The notes under the pieces are model-generated. The model was not told the origin of the DNA. It was given only the letters and a program-made list of their open reading frames with translations, and did not search any database. This document shows, in pieces, positions 11,901 to 24,087 of a DNA stretch of 64,000 bases (position 1 is the stretch's first letter; the number at the start of each line of letters is the position of its first letter). This DNA comes from Torpedo marmorata (Eukaryota), in the NCBI GenBank assembly GCA_977017645.1, contig OZ360220.1:259036001-259100000 (forward strand). The letters are read 5' to 3'. The position numbers and the translations under genes are program-made.

Positions 11901-12921
11901 GACAATGATCAGCAGTTGCCGGGTTTGCGCGGAGTGCAAACCCCAGTTCTACCGCCGCGATAAGGCACAGCTGGTCAAAGCCACTCGCCCCTTTGAACGT
12001 CTCAGCATTGACTTCAAGGGGCCCCTTCCCTCCACGAACCGCAATGTGTACTTTCTGAACATAATTGACGAGTACTCGCGGTTCCCCTTTGCCATTCCCT
12101 GCCCCGACACTTCGGCTGCCTCAACCATAAAAGCTCTTCGCCAGGTATTTACGCTGTTCGGCTTCCCGAACTACATTCATAGCGACCGGGGATCAGCTTT
12201 TATGAGTGAGGAGCTGCGCCAGTACCTGCTGGCCTGGGGCATCGCCACTAGTAGGACCACCGGATACAACCCCCGAGGTAATGGACAGGTGGAAAGGGAG
12301 AACGCCACTGTCTGGAAGGCGGCGCTCCTGGCTCTCAAGGCCAGGGGACTGCCGTTCTCCCGCTGGCAAGAGGTTCTCCCCGAAGCCCTCCATTCGATAC
12401 GGTCCTTACTGTGCACGGCCACAAATGTAACACCTCACGAACGACTTTTCTCCTTCTCCAGGAGGTCGAACACCGGAACCACCCTGCCTGCCTGGCTGAC
12501 GTCTCCGGGACCGGTGCGGCTCCGCAACCACCTTCGGAGCAGCAAATATGAGCCCGCGGTCCAGAGGGTGCAGTTAGCGCACGCTAACCCGCAGTACGCC
12601 TATGTGGTCTTCCCGGATGGGAGAGAGGACACGGTCTCAATTCGGGACCTGGCGCCCGCGGGAGCGCTGGAAGAAACTCTCGACGGGCAAGACCACTCGC
12701 TGCGGCCCCTCACTATTCCCTTTTCTACCCCGTCAGACCCGGCACCCTCGACAGAACCTACACCACAAAAAGCCAGGCAGGAGGAGACAATCCTGCCATC
12801 TCCCCCAGGACCACAGCAGGAGGCGACTGCCTTGCCATCTTCCCCTGCACCACAACCCGCACCCAGGGCACTGCGCAGGTCACAAAGGCGAGCCAAACCA
12901 CCGGATCGCCTTGACCTGTGA
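8990..12921 (+). pseudogene. Gypsy A gag-pol with one nonsense codon (10106-10108) and one frameshift (~10484)
   Basis: Double CCHC knuckle CYFCGLDKHPRKRC/CSNCGKKGHYAKAC, protease LFDTGS, RT YLDD, RNase H SDAS...LLTDQ, integrase HHCC and D-D-E; no chromodomain. Confidence 0.92.
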
Positions 12922-12997
12922 CATACTGTAAATATCTGTTGTAATAGTTATTGTGGCCACGTCACCCCGCTGGACTCTTTTAAAAAGGAGGGGTGAA

Positions 12998-13242
12998 TGT
13001 GGTAAACCACTGTTTGTACATATCATGTAGTCTGCTGTCTGTCCCGGTGCCTCCTCTCCCCTCCCTTGGGTGTCCAGGTAATCCCTCCCCCTTTCTCACC
13101 CGAATAAAGGCCTTTGTGCCACCGCTCCGCCCACAGTCCGGGATAGATCTGCAGGTCGACTGTAGGTCTGTTTAATGTCAATAAAAGCCTATGGTTCGTC
13201 TCCCACTCATAGTCTCTTGAGTGCTAATTGATAGGTATATCA
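12998..13242 (+). repeat. 3' LTR of Gypsy A (245 bp)
   Basis: Direct repeat of the 5' LTR, preceded by the PPT. Confidence 0.95.
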
Positions 13243-14269
13243 CCCCCTCACATCCCGGTTCCGATACCTGGTACTCCTCCAGCCAGTTCGAGCCAACCTC
13301 CAGCAGTCCGCAGCCCGTCGTGAATCCCCCGACAGCAGTCTCCAGCAGCCCACAGCCTCCGCGGGTTCCTCGCCTCGAGTCGCCAGCAGCCCGCCGCGTG
13401 CACTGGTACTTCAGCCTCAGAGCCCCTCACCGGTCTGCCGCTTTGCTCACCGTCCCGTAGGTCGTCTCCTCCGCTTCTCCTTCTCAGACGGGGGTGATCT
13501 TCCCGTCCACTGGTGCCCTGCTCCAGTCCCCCGCTTCCTCGGAGTCTGCAGCCCCTCGTGGCTGCTGCCGATTAATAGGCGCTGCCATCTTGGGCGCAGA
13601 CCCCGCGGTCACGGGATCTCAAATAAAACCACCGTCGGCTCCTTTAAAGCCCGTGCGGAACCGACGGCAGTCGACTGGGCGGCTGGACCCCGCAGGAGCG
13701 CTGTATCTCCGCACCCACACTCCCCGCGGGTCCGCACCAGCGGCAGTGCTGCCGTTACAGCGGCTCCGGCAGCGCCGCCATCTTCAAGGTAACCTTGATT
13801 AGAGGGTGGGGGTAGAATAGATTTAGTGTTAGGGTTTTTTTTTGTTTGTTTTCTTTTTTTTTCTTTTTAATAATTTTCATTTTGAAAATTTGGTTAATAT
13901 GAGTTTAATATGGTTATTATAGATTATTCATAACTTGGATAAAACCGCCTTTTTATCTCGACCAAAGAACTGTTCAAGGTAGTTCTACTTATTCCCTAAT
14001 TATATGCATATGAAATGACTCATTATGTGTTGTAATAAAGAATTTGTATGTAAGATATATATATTAAACTCAATAAAAATAGTTTAAAAAGAAAAAGAAA
14101 GAAAATGAGATTAAAATTTCCAAAATTAAAAAAATGCTGTTATGTTCATTAAATCTGATGACCTGTGAACACATTTGTAATGCTTAAGGGTCAACTGAAA
14201 TAAACCAGGTTGGGGGTTCTAGATACAATTTCCAACAGTATTCATAAAAAAAGAGATAGTCATGTCATT

Positions 14270-14395
14270 AACATGCTGTTTGTAGAATTTTGCTGTGTGC
14301 AAACTGGCTTCTACATTTCCAGAATTGTTCCATGGGCTGCAAGATCCTTTGGGAAGTTCTGAAAGAAATGTGAAAGATGCTATACAAACGTGGGC
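14270..14395 (+). mobile_element. Decayed Deu-domain SINE (AmnSINE/SacSINE-like) remnant
   Basis: TGCTGTTTGTAGAATTTTGCTGTGTGCAAACTGGCT and a CTTTGGGA...TGTGAAAGATGCTATACAAA tail resemble the Deu-SINE consensus as I recall it. Confidence 0.45.
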
Positions 14396-17300
14396 ACACA
14401 TGAGAAAGTATACCACTATTGCCCAGTGCAGCGTAGTGGCAATCATGATTAGTGCAAGTGGGTTATGGTAAATCAACAAATGTTAGCAATACAACTGTAC
14501 CCAAAGGAGTTTAAGTTGCTCTCAACTCTACATGGGACAAAAGTGAATTTTGAGGGAAGTACTGTTTGTAAACTGTGATTTGATTATAACATGGAGCCAA
14601 AATTGTAAATGAGACTCACAATGTGCAAGAAATTAATTGCTGCAGAGTACTTAAGTGCTTGCAGTTGAGGGTTGATTAATTAATTTAGCCCTGAGTTATC
14701 TGGCTCTCAAATGATTGGGTTCAATCTGCTTCTGAATCAGTACTGACTGTCCTGAAAGTAATTAATGACATCACAAGAAACTATTATTATTTAATAAATG
14801 TCTCTGTTATGCACAACACATTCTACAAATATGTAATGCGTTTTCTGAGAACTCTGAACAGCGCAGAACCATAGCAGGTGACCTCCCTGTGAAAAGCAGA
14901 CTGGTTTTTGATTTTTATTCCCCAACACGGATTTAAAAGAAGCAATTTAAGAAAAACAAATTCAATTTTTGTACTACATTATGGCAAGTGGGAATTCCAA
15001 ATTTGATGTTTAACCTGTGTCAACTGCTTAACAGTAAGTCTTGAGTAATGCACAATACATTTCACGTGATTTCACTGCAAATTACTCATCTTGCTTTTAC
15101 ATTTATTAGTGTAAGTACTAACAATATTGTGATATGAAATATTAATTGATGCACATTTGATTGACACAGAATGCCTCATAGATAATGAATTCAGTATTAT
15201 AGAATGTGAAGAAATCGTTTTCCAGATGTCATTTCTGATTTGTGCAGCTTTATATGATCTTAATACAGAAATAAGATTAGCAATTCAGCCATTGAACCCC
15301 ATTTTGTTTTTTCCATAGATTATTCTTGCTCCATGGCGTACTTCTCTCCTCCATTTAGCATCCTTCTGTCTTGGATCTGCATCACTTGATGTCTTAATTA
15401 GGGACTATTTTAGAAAAACAGATCTGTCAGACTGGCTGACTATCAGGAGGGAAATTTCTTGAACATGAAAAGACCTCCAAATTTGGCAGGAAACCCATAC
15501 TTACAGGTTTCTCCTCTGAAAATCCTGCCTCAGCCCCCTCCTCACATTCTTTCCCCTACTTCAGCTGAATATTTGAACATTACACCTTATTGTCCAGGGT
15601 GAATAGACACTAAATGACGTAGAATATTCTCTGTGAAAAATATATTCAAAAAGAATGAGAGAAATTCTTTTTTTAAAGCAAGGGCAACATTACCCTTGCT
15701 CCAATTTTTATTTAGATTCTATTCCAAACATAACATTTAATAAAACACATAATGCGTTTTTAGGATTTAGTAACAAACAAGCTCCATTATATTGGCATTT
15801 AGAAGAATTGTCTCAATCAGATTTCGTGCATAAACAGTTGAAGGAAGCTGCTTTTTACAAATTAATTGCACTAATTATCTACATATTTGAATTAGGGTTA
15901 ATGCTTAATCTTTATATTACAAAATGACTAACAAATAGATTTTGCTACAAAGAAAAATTGAAAGAATGAATTATTTTGATCGCTATCAAACAAGATCATT
16001 TGTTTTCCACTCCTCTTGTATCAGTTCAAGCAAATAAATATTTTAATCATTTTGTAAAACTAAACCTACTTGCATCTTCAAATTAGCTTGGACTTCATTT
16101 ATTCCAAATGGAAAGTGTTTTACTTCAGATTAGCATCTACAATCTCCTAAATGGCTTCAATTCTAACACATATGCTCCCCTTCAATTCTAACACATAGTT
16201 CTGACCAATGTATGCTAAACTCGGAGATAAGACTACTCAGAAATGTAAACATTTCAAGCATCATTGTTCCATGAAAAGGAACAACTGCACACACTCTGGC
16301 AACAGATATCACTGGAGGGATAATTGGAATACTTGCAGAAGTGTAGACGAGCAAGGATGTGTGTGTTCAGAAATTCATCAGTCAATACATCGTACACCAA
16401 AAACTTTAGTCAATGACAGATCTTTTGGCCAAAAATCTTTTAAAAAAAACTTCTAGAAGGCAACCAGGATCTTGTTAGTCTTGTATATACTTCCTCCCAT
16501 TGGCAGTCCATAGGATTGAGACAGTTTCTAAACACTGGGCACACATCACAGAATTTAACACTAAACTACTGGACATTTTACTGCATTCATGAACTTAAAT
16601 CACGTTGGAATTCACCTTGGGTCTAATTAAATGCTATTTGAATTATTGATTTACCAATGAAACTCTCAAATTGTTGCGGAAAGTAATTATTAGAGGAAAC
16701 TGTTTCTATCTTTTCTCTTGCCCTGCACAATTTAAAAGCAAAGAATGGTTTCGTTGTCATGTAGCAGGGAACCTGGTTTAATGGTCTCGGTCTCGTATAT
16801 ATATCGGAGAAATAACTGCAAAATAAAAATTTAATTTCATGAGTAGAACTCAATATGTTGACATTGAACAACATCCTTGATAAAATAAAACACCTCAAAA
16901 ATGCAGGTGCATATAGAATGTTTATGAATTTATTTTGCTAGTGTGATGCTTGTGTATATGGCTTTTGAACTTCCCAAAAATTATTTTCTTCTTTTGAATT
17001 CTGGACTAGCTTTTAAGCTTATAATAGTTCAATTTAGTAAGCATCTGCCAAACTCAGCCAATTTAAGACCATAGATCTGGGAAGTGGATGTGCTAATATT
17101 TCATGTGCTAATAAGGGCAGATCATTTTGTTCTAAATGTATTTTACAAGATTATGGTTCTTACATTAAGCAAAGAAAAATGATAACTTTGGTTATGAATC
17201 ATAGTTTCACAAAACATGTTATTTAATTGAGATTTTTATGCAGCTTTTTGAATGTGCCTTACTACTTTGTACTACTTCCGTATAAAATAAATACAGTATC

Positions 17301-17920
17301 ATTATCCTTGTTTTTATTGACAAGACATAAAATTCCAAGCTTTTAAATTTAGAAAACAACTGGGAATGGTGGGGACTGTTTTCCAGGATATAAGAAAGAA
17401 AACAAAATCACTGTATACGAATGACAGGACTCCCATCATTTTTTTTCCAAAGCAGATTTTTCATCAGTACTTGTTAACTGTCTGCTCAGGGAGCTGAATG
17501 TGATCTATTCATTCAGTGTAATGAACAAAATAAAGCAACTTGATCTATAAATGGTAGGTCCTGGGAAACCACCACTACGAAAAGACAAAAATCAACACAT
17601 TGAAGGAAAACATCAGTTATCATTTTCTGCAAACTATAGAGGTTTATGCACAATGGTAAAATGGTGCCCTTTCAACAGTGTAAAAATTGCTTTTGATTAA
17701 GATGGTCATTTGTTTTCCTAATTTGAATATTGATGAATCTGCTGCAGCAATATTCCAAATTTCATATTTTAGCATTCACCGCTGAACTTCAATTCAGGCA
17801 CATATTTAGAGCACATACTGTGTGTGTGTGCCACCTTAAATTGCATTCTTGCTGCTTCCTGATTTTTAATCTCTTTTTTTGCTTTTTGCTCATTTGTCTT
17901 TTTTTACTGTAATGTTGTAG

Positions 17921-17971
17921 AACTTGGAACATATGGAAAACTAAAATATTATGACTCAATGACTGAAGAAG
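17921..17971 (+). CDS. SLC24A2: SLC24A2 51-nt cassette exon (17 aa)
   Basis: Long pyrimidine tract, tgtag|...|gtaaga; encodes (E)LGTYGKLKYYDSMTEE(G), the known alternatively spliced NCKX2 segment; phase 1-1. Confidence 0.95.
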
Positions 17972-19104
17972 GTAAGAATTCCATCTTTCTCTGTTACGTT
18001 ATCTGTATAGTCATGAACATACACATTCTTTATTACAATAAAAAATCATTTTAACAATGTTTTGTCTCATTATTACATCTAACATTTTTCCCTAATCTTC
18101 ACTGCATCTTTATGTATACGTTGTTTTGTTTTTGTGCCGTTGAACATTGTACTGATAGAGAAAATGTAAACGTGATGATGTGAAAAAATATTTTCATACA
18201 CAATTGAACTGTTGTTGTTCTTGTTTAAAAATATTTCTATCACTTTGTTTGCCTCACTCCTGTGTTTTCAATTGAACTCCATTCTTTAATAAAAAAAATA
18301 ACATCCACCTTCTTACCTCCGTGATGAGGGAATTCTGTTTTATAACTGTGTGAGAGAGAGTGTATGTGTGCATAAGCTTTATAAAGTTGTATTTCTCACC
18401 TGTAACCAAAATATTTGCTGGAAGTAACTTGGTGTTTTGATAATGCTAAATTGCTATTATGTACCATTAACTGACCAGTTCCAGTTGCAGTTTGGTTTGA
18501 TTCCATTTGATCCCCTTCAAAGAAGAGATCTGCCACACCAAATGGTTATTACATTCTTGAATATTGGTGTGAATCTGCTCCAAGCTACAGGAGCCGAATG
18601 TCGCTCCAAGGAGCCATTGTTCATAGTTCTGTACTAGCTGACTTCAAATTAGCAACCTTGCTCAAATAGGTCACAGGTTTTGGAAAATGGAGGTTTCAGA
18701 CACAATGAAACTTCTGATACACAAACAATTTTGGTAAGCTTTAGCCTGAACTTAATGTCTAATCAAGGAGTAGATGGTGCTGGCCTGCATGATGGAGTAC
18801 ATTATGAATGGATGTTTTACAACAATAGTAAATATATTTTCATTCATTGGTATTTCCTATCCTGAAAATACATGTTCATGTAAATTGTATTATTTGTTCA
18901 CAATTGCAATTCCTTTTACTTGCTCATTTTTATCATTCTGTCTTGCTTTCTGCCACAATCTCCTGTGTAACTGTGGTAATAGGAATGAACATTGGTCTTT
19001 CCAATTTTCAATTCTTACTGGTTCGATGCTCTTGCAGTGAAACTTCCCACATTGTGGTTCAAAATATATATTTCTCAATGTACAGAAATTATTTGGAGAA
19101 GGAA

Positions 19105-19983
19105 AACAAGTGTAACTTCTCTAAGTTTGCTGATGTCCCTAACTTGATTGGAAAACCAAATTGTGTAGCGGGCATAGAGTCTGCAGAAAGATGTCAATAG
19201 GTTAAGTGAGTGGACAAGGATCTGGCAGATGGAGTTCAAAATCAGTAAATGTGAGGGCATCTACTTTGGAAAGAAAAATTGTAGATCAGACTCTAACTTA
19301 AATAGTGGCAATATTGCTGCATGCTGTTGTACAGAGACCTGGGAGTGCTTGTGCATGAATTGCAAAATGTTATTTTGCAGGTGCAGCAGGCGAATGGGGT
19401 GCTGTTCTTCCTTCCTATAGGGGTTGATTTAAGAGCAGGAAGGTTCTTCTGCAACTGTACAGGGTAGTGGTGAGGTTGCACCTGGAATACTGTGTGCAAT
19501 TGTGGTCTCTTTAATTGAGAAAGGATGTACAGTACTGGCTTTGGAGGCAGTGCAGCAGGATGATTCCAGAAATAAAAGGGTTATCTTATCAGGAGAGATT
19601 GAGTAGACTGGCACTATACTCCTTGGAGTTTAGAAGGATGAGGGGGGATATTGTAGAGATATGTAAAATTATGAAAGGAGTAGATAAGATTGAAGCAGGG
19701 AAATTGTTTCCACTGACAGGTGACACTAGAACTAGGGGACCTAGCATCATGATTCAGAGGAGCAGATTTAAGACCGAGATGAGGAGGAACTGCATCTCCC
19801 AGAGAGTAGTGAATTTGTGGATTTCTCTGCCCAAGGAAGCTGCCTCTTTGAATGAATTGAGGGTTATGGAGAACAGGCAACTAAGTGGACCGGAGTCCAT
19901 GGCCAGGTCAATCATGATCTTCCTGAAGGACAGAGCAGGCTCAACAGGCCAGATGGCCTACTCCTGCTCTTATTTCTGATGTT
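19105..19983 (+). mobile_element. CR1/HER1-like LINE 3' portion, degraded
   Basis: SKFAD, LSYQERLSRLALYSLEFRRMRGD and SQRVVNLW motifs; tail GGCCAGATGGCCTACTCCTGCTC. Confidence 0.85.
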
Positions 19984-20143
19984 GAAAATTGCACAAACTT
20001 TGACAATTTTACTTGTCACGTACCAAAAGGCATAGGGTTGTGTTTGGCTACAGCTTCATTGCAATCACACCCTTTTTGCCCATTTCCACTCAAAACCTTT
20101 GACTTTTCTAAAACTGCATGGAAAGGTCCAATTTGCATGTGAC

Positions 20144-20765
20144 TTTCAAGTTCAAGTGTATTATCATCTGTCTGTACATAGACAATCCAACGAAACAGAG
20201 TTTCTCTGGACCACAGTGCACACACATACACACGCAATACACAGCACATAGAAATCAAATACATACATAAAGATGTTATTTTATCATTTAAAATAAATAT
20301 ATACAAATATTTTGGGATGATTTACTCGGTTACAGGACACTGTTCATCAATCTCACAGTCTGTGGAAAGAAGCTATTTCCCAGCCTGGCAGTCCTGATTT
20401 TGATGCTCCTTTGCCTCCTTCTTGATGGTTGTGGGTCAAAGATATTGTGTGCTGGATGGAATGGGTCTTCTATAATTCTTTGAGCCTTATTTATGCAACT
20501 CTGCTGGTAAATGTCGTCAATTGAGGAAAAGGAGACCCCAGTGATCTTCTCGGCCATTTTGATGATCCTCTGTATTGACTTCCAGTCCGATGCCTTGCAG
20601 CTACCACACAATGATGCAGCCAGACAGGACACTCTCAATTGTGCTCCTGTAAAAAGTTGTCAAAATGAGGCCCGGTAACCTTGCCCTCCCTAACCTCTTT
20701 AGGAAGTGTAGGTGCTGCTGCGCCTTCCTAACTAATGAGGAGGTGTTGTGGGTCCAGAATAGGTT
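20144..20765 (-). mobile_element. Rex1/Babar 3' fragment
   Basis: Minus ORF 20330-20638 (IQRIIKMAEKITGVS...DPFHPAH...TARLGNSFFPQ) and a (CTTGAA)n tail. Confidence 0.8.
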
Positions 20766-21371
20766 GGATCTTCAGCAGGACTGTTTTTAAGTTGACATGA
20801 TTGAAGTCACCAGCAACAGTTGTACAACCATAAATGTGAGATGCTATCCACTTCGTGCTGGTTTTCAATTCATCCAACATCCTGTTCCTGTTACAAAACT
20901 TAGTATCAGGAAGATGTGGTTGCAAAATAATCCCTTTTCTTCTAGTAGACTGCTCTGAAGTTACTTGAGGCAAATGTATTGAATGAGCCACAAGCAGCTG
21001 AACAAATGTAAATACATTCACATCTTGTCCCTTACCATGTGCTTCCTAATATTTGGTTTACATTGCAGATGCTTTAATGGGTTTAATTAGTTGTAATGAA
21101 ATAAAAGATAGTTTTATTAATCCCCTTGATATTATGCAGGTTATCATTTATTCATTCCAGGTACTAATACCAATCATTTCAGTCAATTAGTGGAGAAATA
21201 CACAACAAAACTAGGAATTATCAATGCATAACAGTGAAACAGTGACATGTACTCATTGTTTATCACAGAGTTTATTAAAACTACTAAACTGACTTTAACA
21301 ATTTGATTAAGATTAAAAAAATATCTTCTTGGTGGTAGTCTTGGAGTTGCACCCTAATTTTATTTTTTTGT

Positions 21372-21478
21372 TTTAGAGTTAGGGCACGGTAACAGGCCCT
21401 TCCAGCCCACGAGCCCACACCATCCAAATACACGCTTGTGACCAATTAACCTACTAACCCCATACATCTTTGGAATAA
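21372..21478 (-). mobile_element. V-SINE 3' half
   Basis: GCACGGTAACAGGCCCTTCCAGCCCACGAGCCC matches the tail of the 481-725 SINE. Confidence 0.6.
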
Positions 21479-22509
21479 TTTGCTAATTTTCCAAATAATT
21501 TCCCATTTTTATGCATAAACAAGGTTTGTGGTCTAGTAGACTTACTCGTCCATTTTCCTCTCAGCACCTGTGCAATGTTTGTTATAATGTGGAAATTTCA
21601 TTAGTTTTGTGTCATTTATCTTGTTATCAGGACATAATTGCAATATTACCACAATCAGAAGTTTAAAAAGAAATTAAATTATTAAAATATCCAGATTTGT
21701 TTTCTGCTTGTCTCCTCCTTGTGATGCAGAAAAGGTTTCACTCAAAACTAGATGTTTTGACACCTTTGAAATTACACAATAACTAAGATAAATAGGTACA
21801 AATATCCAGCAACTGCAAACATAACTGATGTAGTTATGGGAGTGGAGCCAACAGAGCTGGAAGGCTGAAGTGAAACTTGCCTGAATATTTTTAGAGAAGA
21901 ATCTGTAGACATTAGAGTCTCAGGGAGACTGAACAAATTTGCTGAGAGAAGGTTTGTGTGCTGCATTTTGTGAAGGCCATGGAATGGGTCTTACCTTTTG
22001 CAACTATCTACCTTTTTTTTTTGTAGACTTCTGAGTTGCAGATTTTGGTATCTGGAGATCCTTTCCAGCATTACAGCATTCACAGGCCATCTGTGGAAAG
22101 TTTACCCAGGGTAGCAACAGTGAGGCTCCTTAAACAGTCAGATAGAAGAATCCTCGCTGAGACACAGTTGGAAATTTGTTCTTTGCCACATGTGCATACT
22201 ATGAAGGCTTATGCACCTAATGCTCTGCTTTCAAAATTAGGTAGATTGCCATCAAAGGAATACTTCATTGTAGAAAGCTAAAAAGAAGAATTGATACGTG
22301 TGTGACTGGGATAAATGGAGGAACAATTTCCAATTTTTTTAGTCTGGAACAATAATTCAGTTGTGAAACAATACGACACAATGCCATGAAATCTTTCGGT
22401 ACAAGAAAAGTTGCTTGGCAGTAATTTAAGATTAATCGTAGCAGTAACCATTCACTAAACCCTTACATTCTCTGAAAACAAAATGTTACAATTGATGAAA
22501 GCTAAAATT

Positions 22510-22830
22510 AAAACAAAAGTGCTGGAAGTACTCAGCAGGGTAGGCAGCATCTGTGGAGAAACAGTTAAGGTAATTTGAAGGTAATGGCCTTTTTATAAAA
22601 CTACTCAGTTCTGAAATGTTGTAAATTAATTTTAATGGCATGATAAATCTTAATTATTGCCACACAATTTCTTTGGTATTGAAAGATTACTGGGCATGAA
22701 GCCTCATTCTTTCATCATTAAATTATTTTTCATAATCTTTCTGATGAAATGCCATTGACCTGAAATATTAATGTTTTCCAGAGATGCTCTCTGATCTGTT
22801 GAGAATTTATGGCATTTTTTATTTTTATTT
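22510..22830. mobile_element. Old Penelope pLTR-derived relic with inverted ends
   Basis: GTGCTGGAAGTACTCAGCAGGGTAGGCAGCATCTGTGGAGA on the left; degenerate CTGATGAAA...GACCTGAAATATT...AGATGCT on the right. Confidence 0.5.
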
Positions 22831-23015
22831 GTAACTTTTTATAACATATTAAGTGAGTAACTGCAGTCGTAATATTCTGTTTATGGATTTCAGACCTGAT
22901 CTGAGTGCGATACCAAGATAAAGTAATTAATTGAAGATTAGAATGTTGCAGATTGCAACTTCGAGAGTACCTTGTCTGCTGCAGAATGGTGTACTTTGGA
23001 ACTTCCTATCCACTT

Positions 23016-24087
23016 TGTTACGAACTAACAAACCTTGCTAGTACTAACAAAGGAACAACAATGGAAAAATTCACCAGACAATGGTAAATTAAAAATAATA
23101 GTTTTTATTAAACTATTAATAACATAGCATTTCTTACTTATCTCTAAACTTAAACCCCACTATGCGCAAATGTAAATGTGTGTGGGTTAAAGTCCAAACT
23201 ATTTCAGTTTAAACTTGATTCTGAAAAGTCAATTTTAAAGTCCAGTTTCAAACTTCTCGTTGAACTTCAGGATCCCTTTAAATTGTTTCAGAAGTAATTA
23301 TAAAGCAAGAGTGAAGCACCCGATTTCTTTCAAACTCACATGTCTTTTGATGAGTTGTCTTTCAGGGATATTTTTCTTCATGCGAGTGATTTCACAAACT
23401 CCCTCTTATCTTGCCTAAGAGTTCCAGAGTCTATTTTCCACGATGATTTCTTTCTTAATTGAAAGTAACACATATGAGGCTGCTCTCTTAGAGGCAGTTG
23501 GAAGTGGTCTTACTTATTTTAAAAGCCACTTATGTTGTGTATCTCCTATGATAAGGATGATACCAGACAGAACAGCATCTCTATCTATTTTCAGAGATCA
23601 CTGTTCAAAATCCTGTCTTTCCAGGAAGTCAAATTTTCTTAAACTGATCCCTTTGTCTCTGAGTTCGATAATATATTTCTTGCACATCTCTCATGTCACA
23701 TGATATGTGACATCATTTCTGTCTTTGAAGTTCATAATGTCCTCTTCACACTTATGTGCTAAAAGCATCTCTTCCCACTTAGACTCCGTGATGTCTAACC
23801 ACATGGACACAGAATGAATCTGCTTTTAGACAGGTGCTTCTGAACCAACACCTATTGTTTTCAGTATCTGAAGAACCATCATAAAGCCTTACATCTCGTG
23901 GCTTTAACTGCAATGAGCAGACATCCTGTCTCTGCAAATGGCCATCTCACAAAACTGTGTGTTTAAAATGCAAATGTGTTGTCTTTGTGTCCCTGAAAAC
24001 ACCCAAAACTAACTTACTAAGCCATATCTAGATGAAATATAGTTTTAACATTAAACTAAAGATTAATATTACCACAGATCCATTACA
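23016..24087 (-). mobile_element. Solo LTR (~1.07 kb; ERV or Gypsy origin)
   Basis: TG...CA termini (TGTTACG...CATTACA), ACTT TSD at 23012-23015 and 24088-24091, minus-strand AATAAA near 23105. Confidence 0.7.

Larger units (their letters stand above)
8711..13242 (+). mobile_element. Full-length Gypsy (Ty3) LTR retrotransposon A, Mag-like Gag
   Basis: TG...CA LTRs at 8711-8966 and 12998-13242, CCCCC TSD, PPT AAAAAGGAGGGGTGAA at 12982-12997, domain order Gag-PR-RT-RH-IN. Confidence 0.97.
8414..13785 (-). mobile_element. ~840-bp non-coding retroposon with Rex1-like 3' tail (8414-8710 plus 13243-13785), interrupted by Gypsy A
   Basis: Minus strand starts GAAGATGGCGGCG, has a GC-rich body, and ends ATGACAATAAATTGAATCTTGAATCTTGAA; the halves join across the CCCCC TSD. 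Confidence 0.65.
7733..14101 (+). mobile_element. 5'-truncated L1-clade LINE (ORF2 zinc-knuckle C-terminus and 3' UTR), split by nested insertions at 8414-13785
   Basis: ORFs 7738-8333 contain LLQFKVVHR...CEKC...LIHMFWEC; the 3' UTR resumes at ~13790 and ends in AATAAA plus an A-rich tail; TSD AAAATGAGATTA at 7721-7732 and 14102-14113 at a TTTT/AAAA site. Confidence 0.85.

Noticed and set aside
9244-12896. Antisense ORFs across Gypsy A (and B) as accessory or env genes
   Set aside because: They are short shadows of a GC-rich coding strand, and there is no room for env between the integrase stop (12921) and the PPT (12982)
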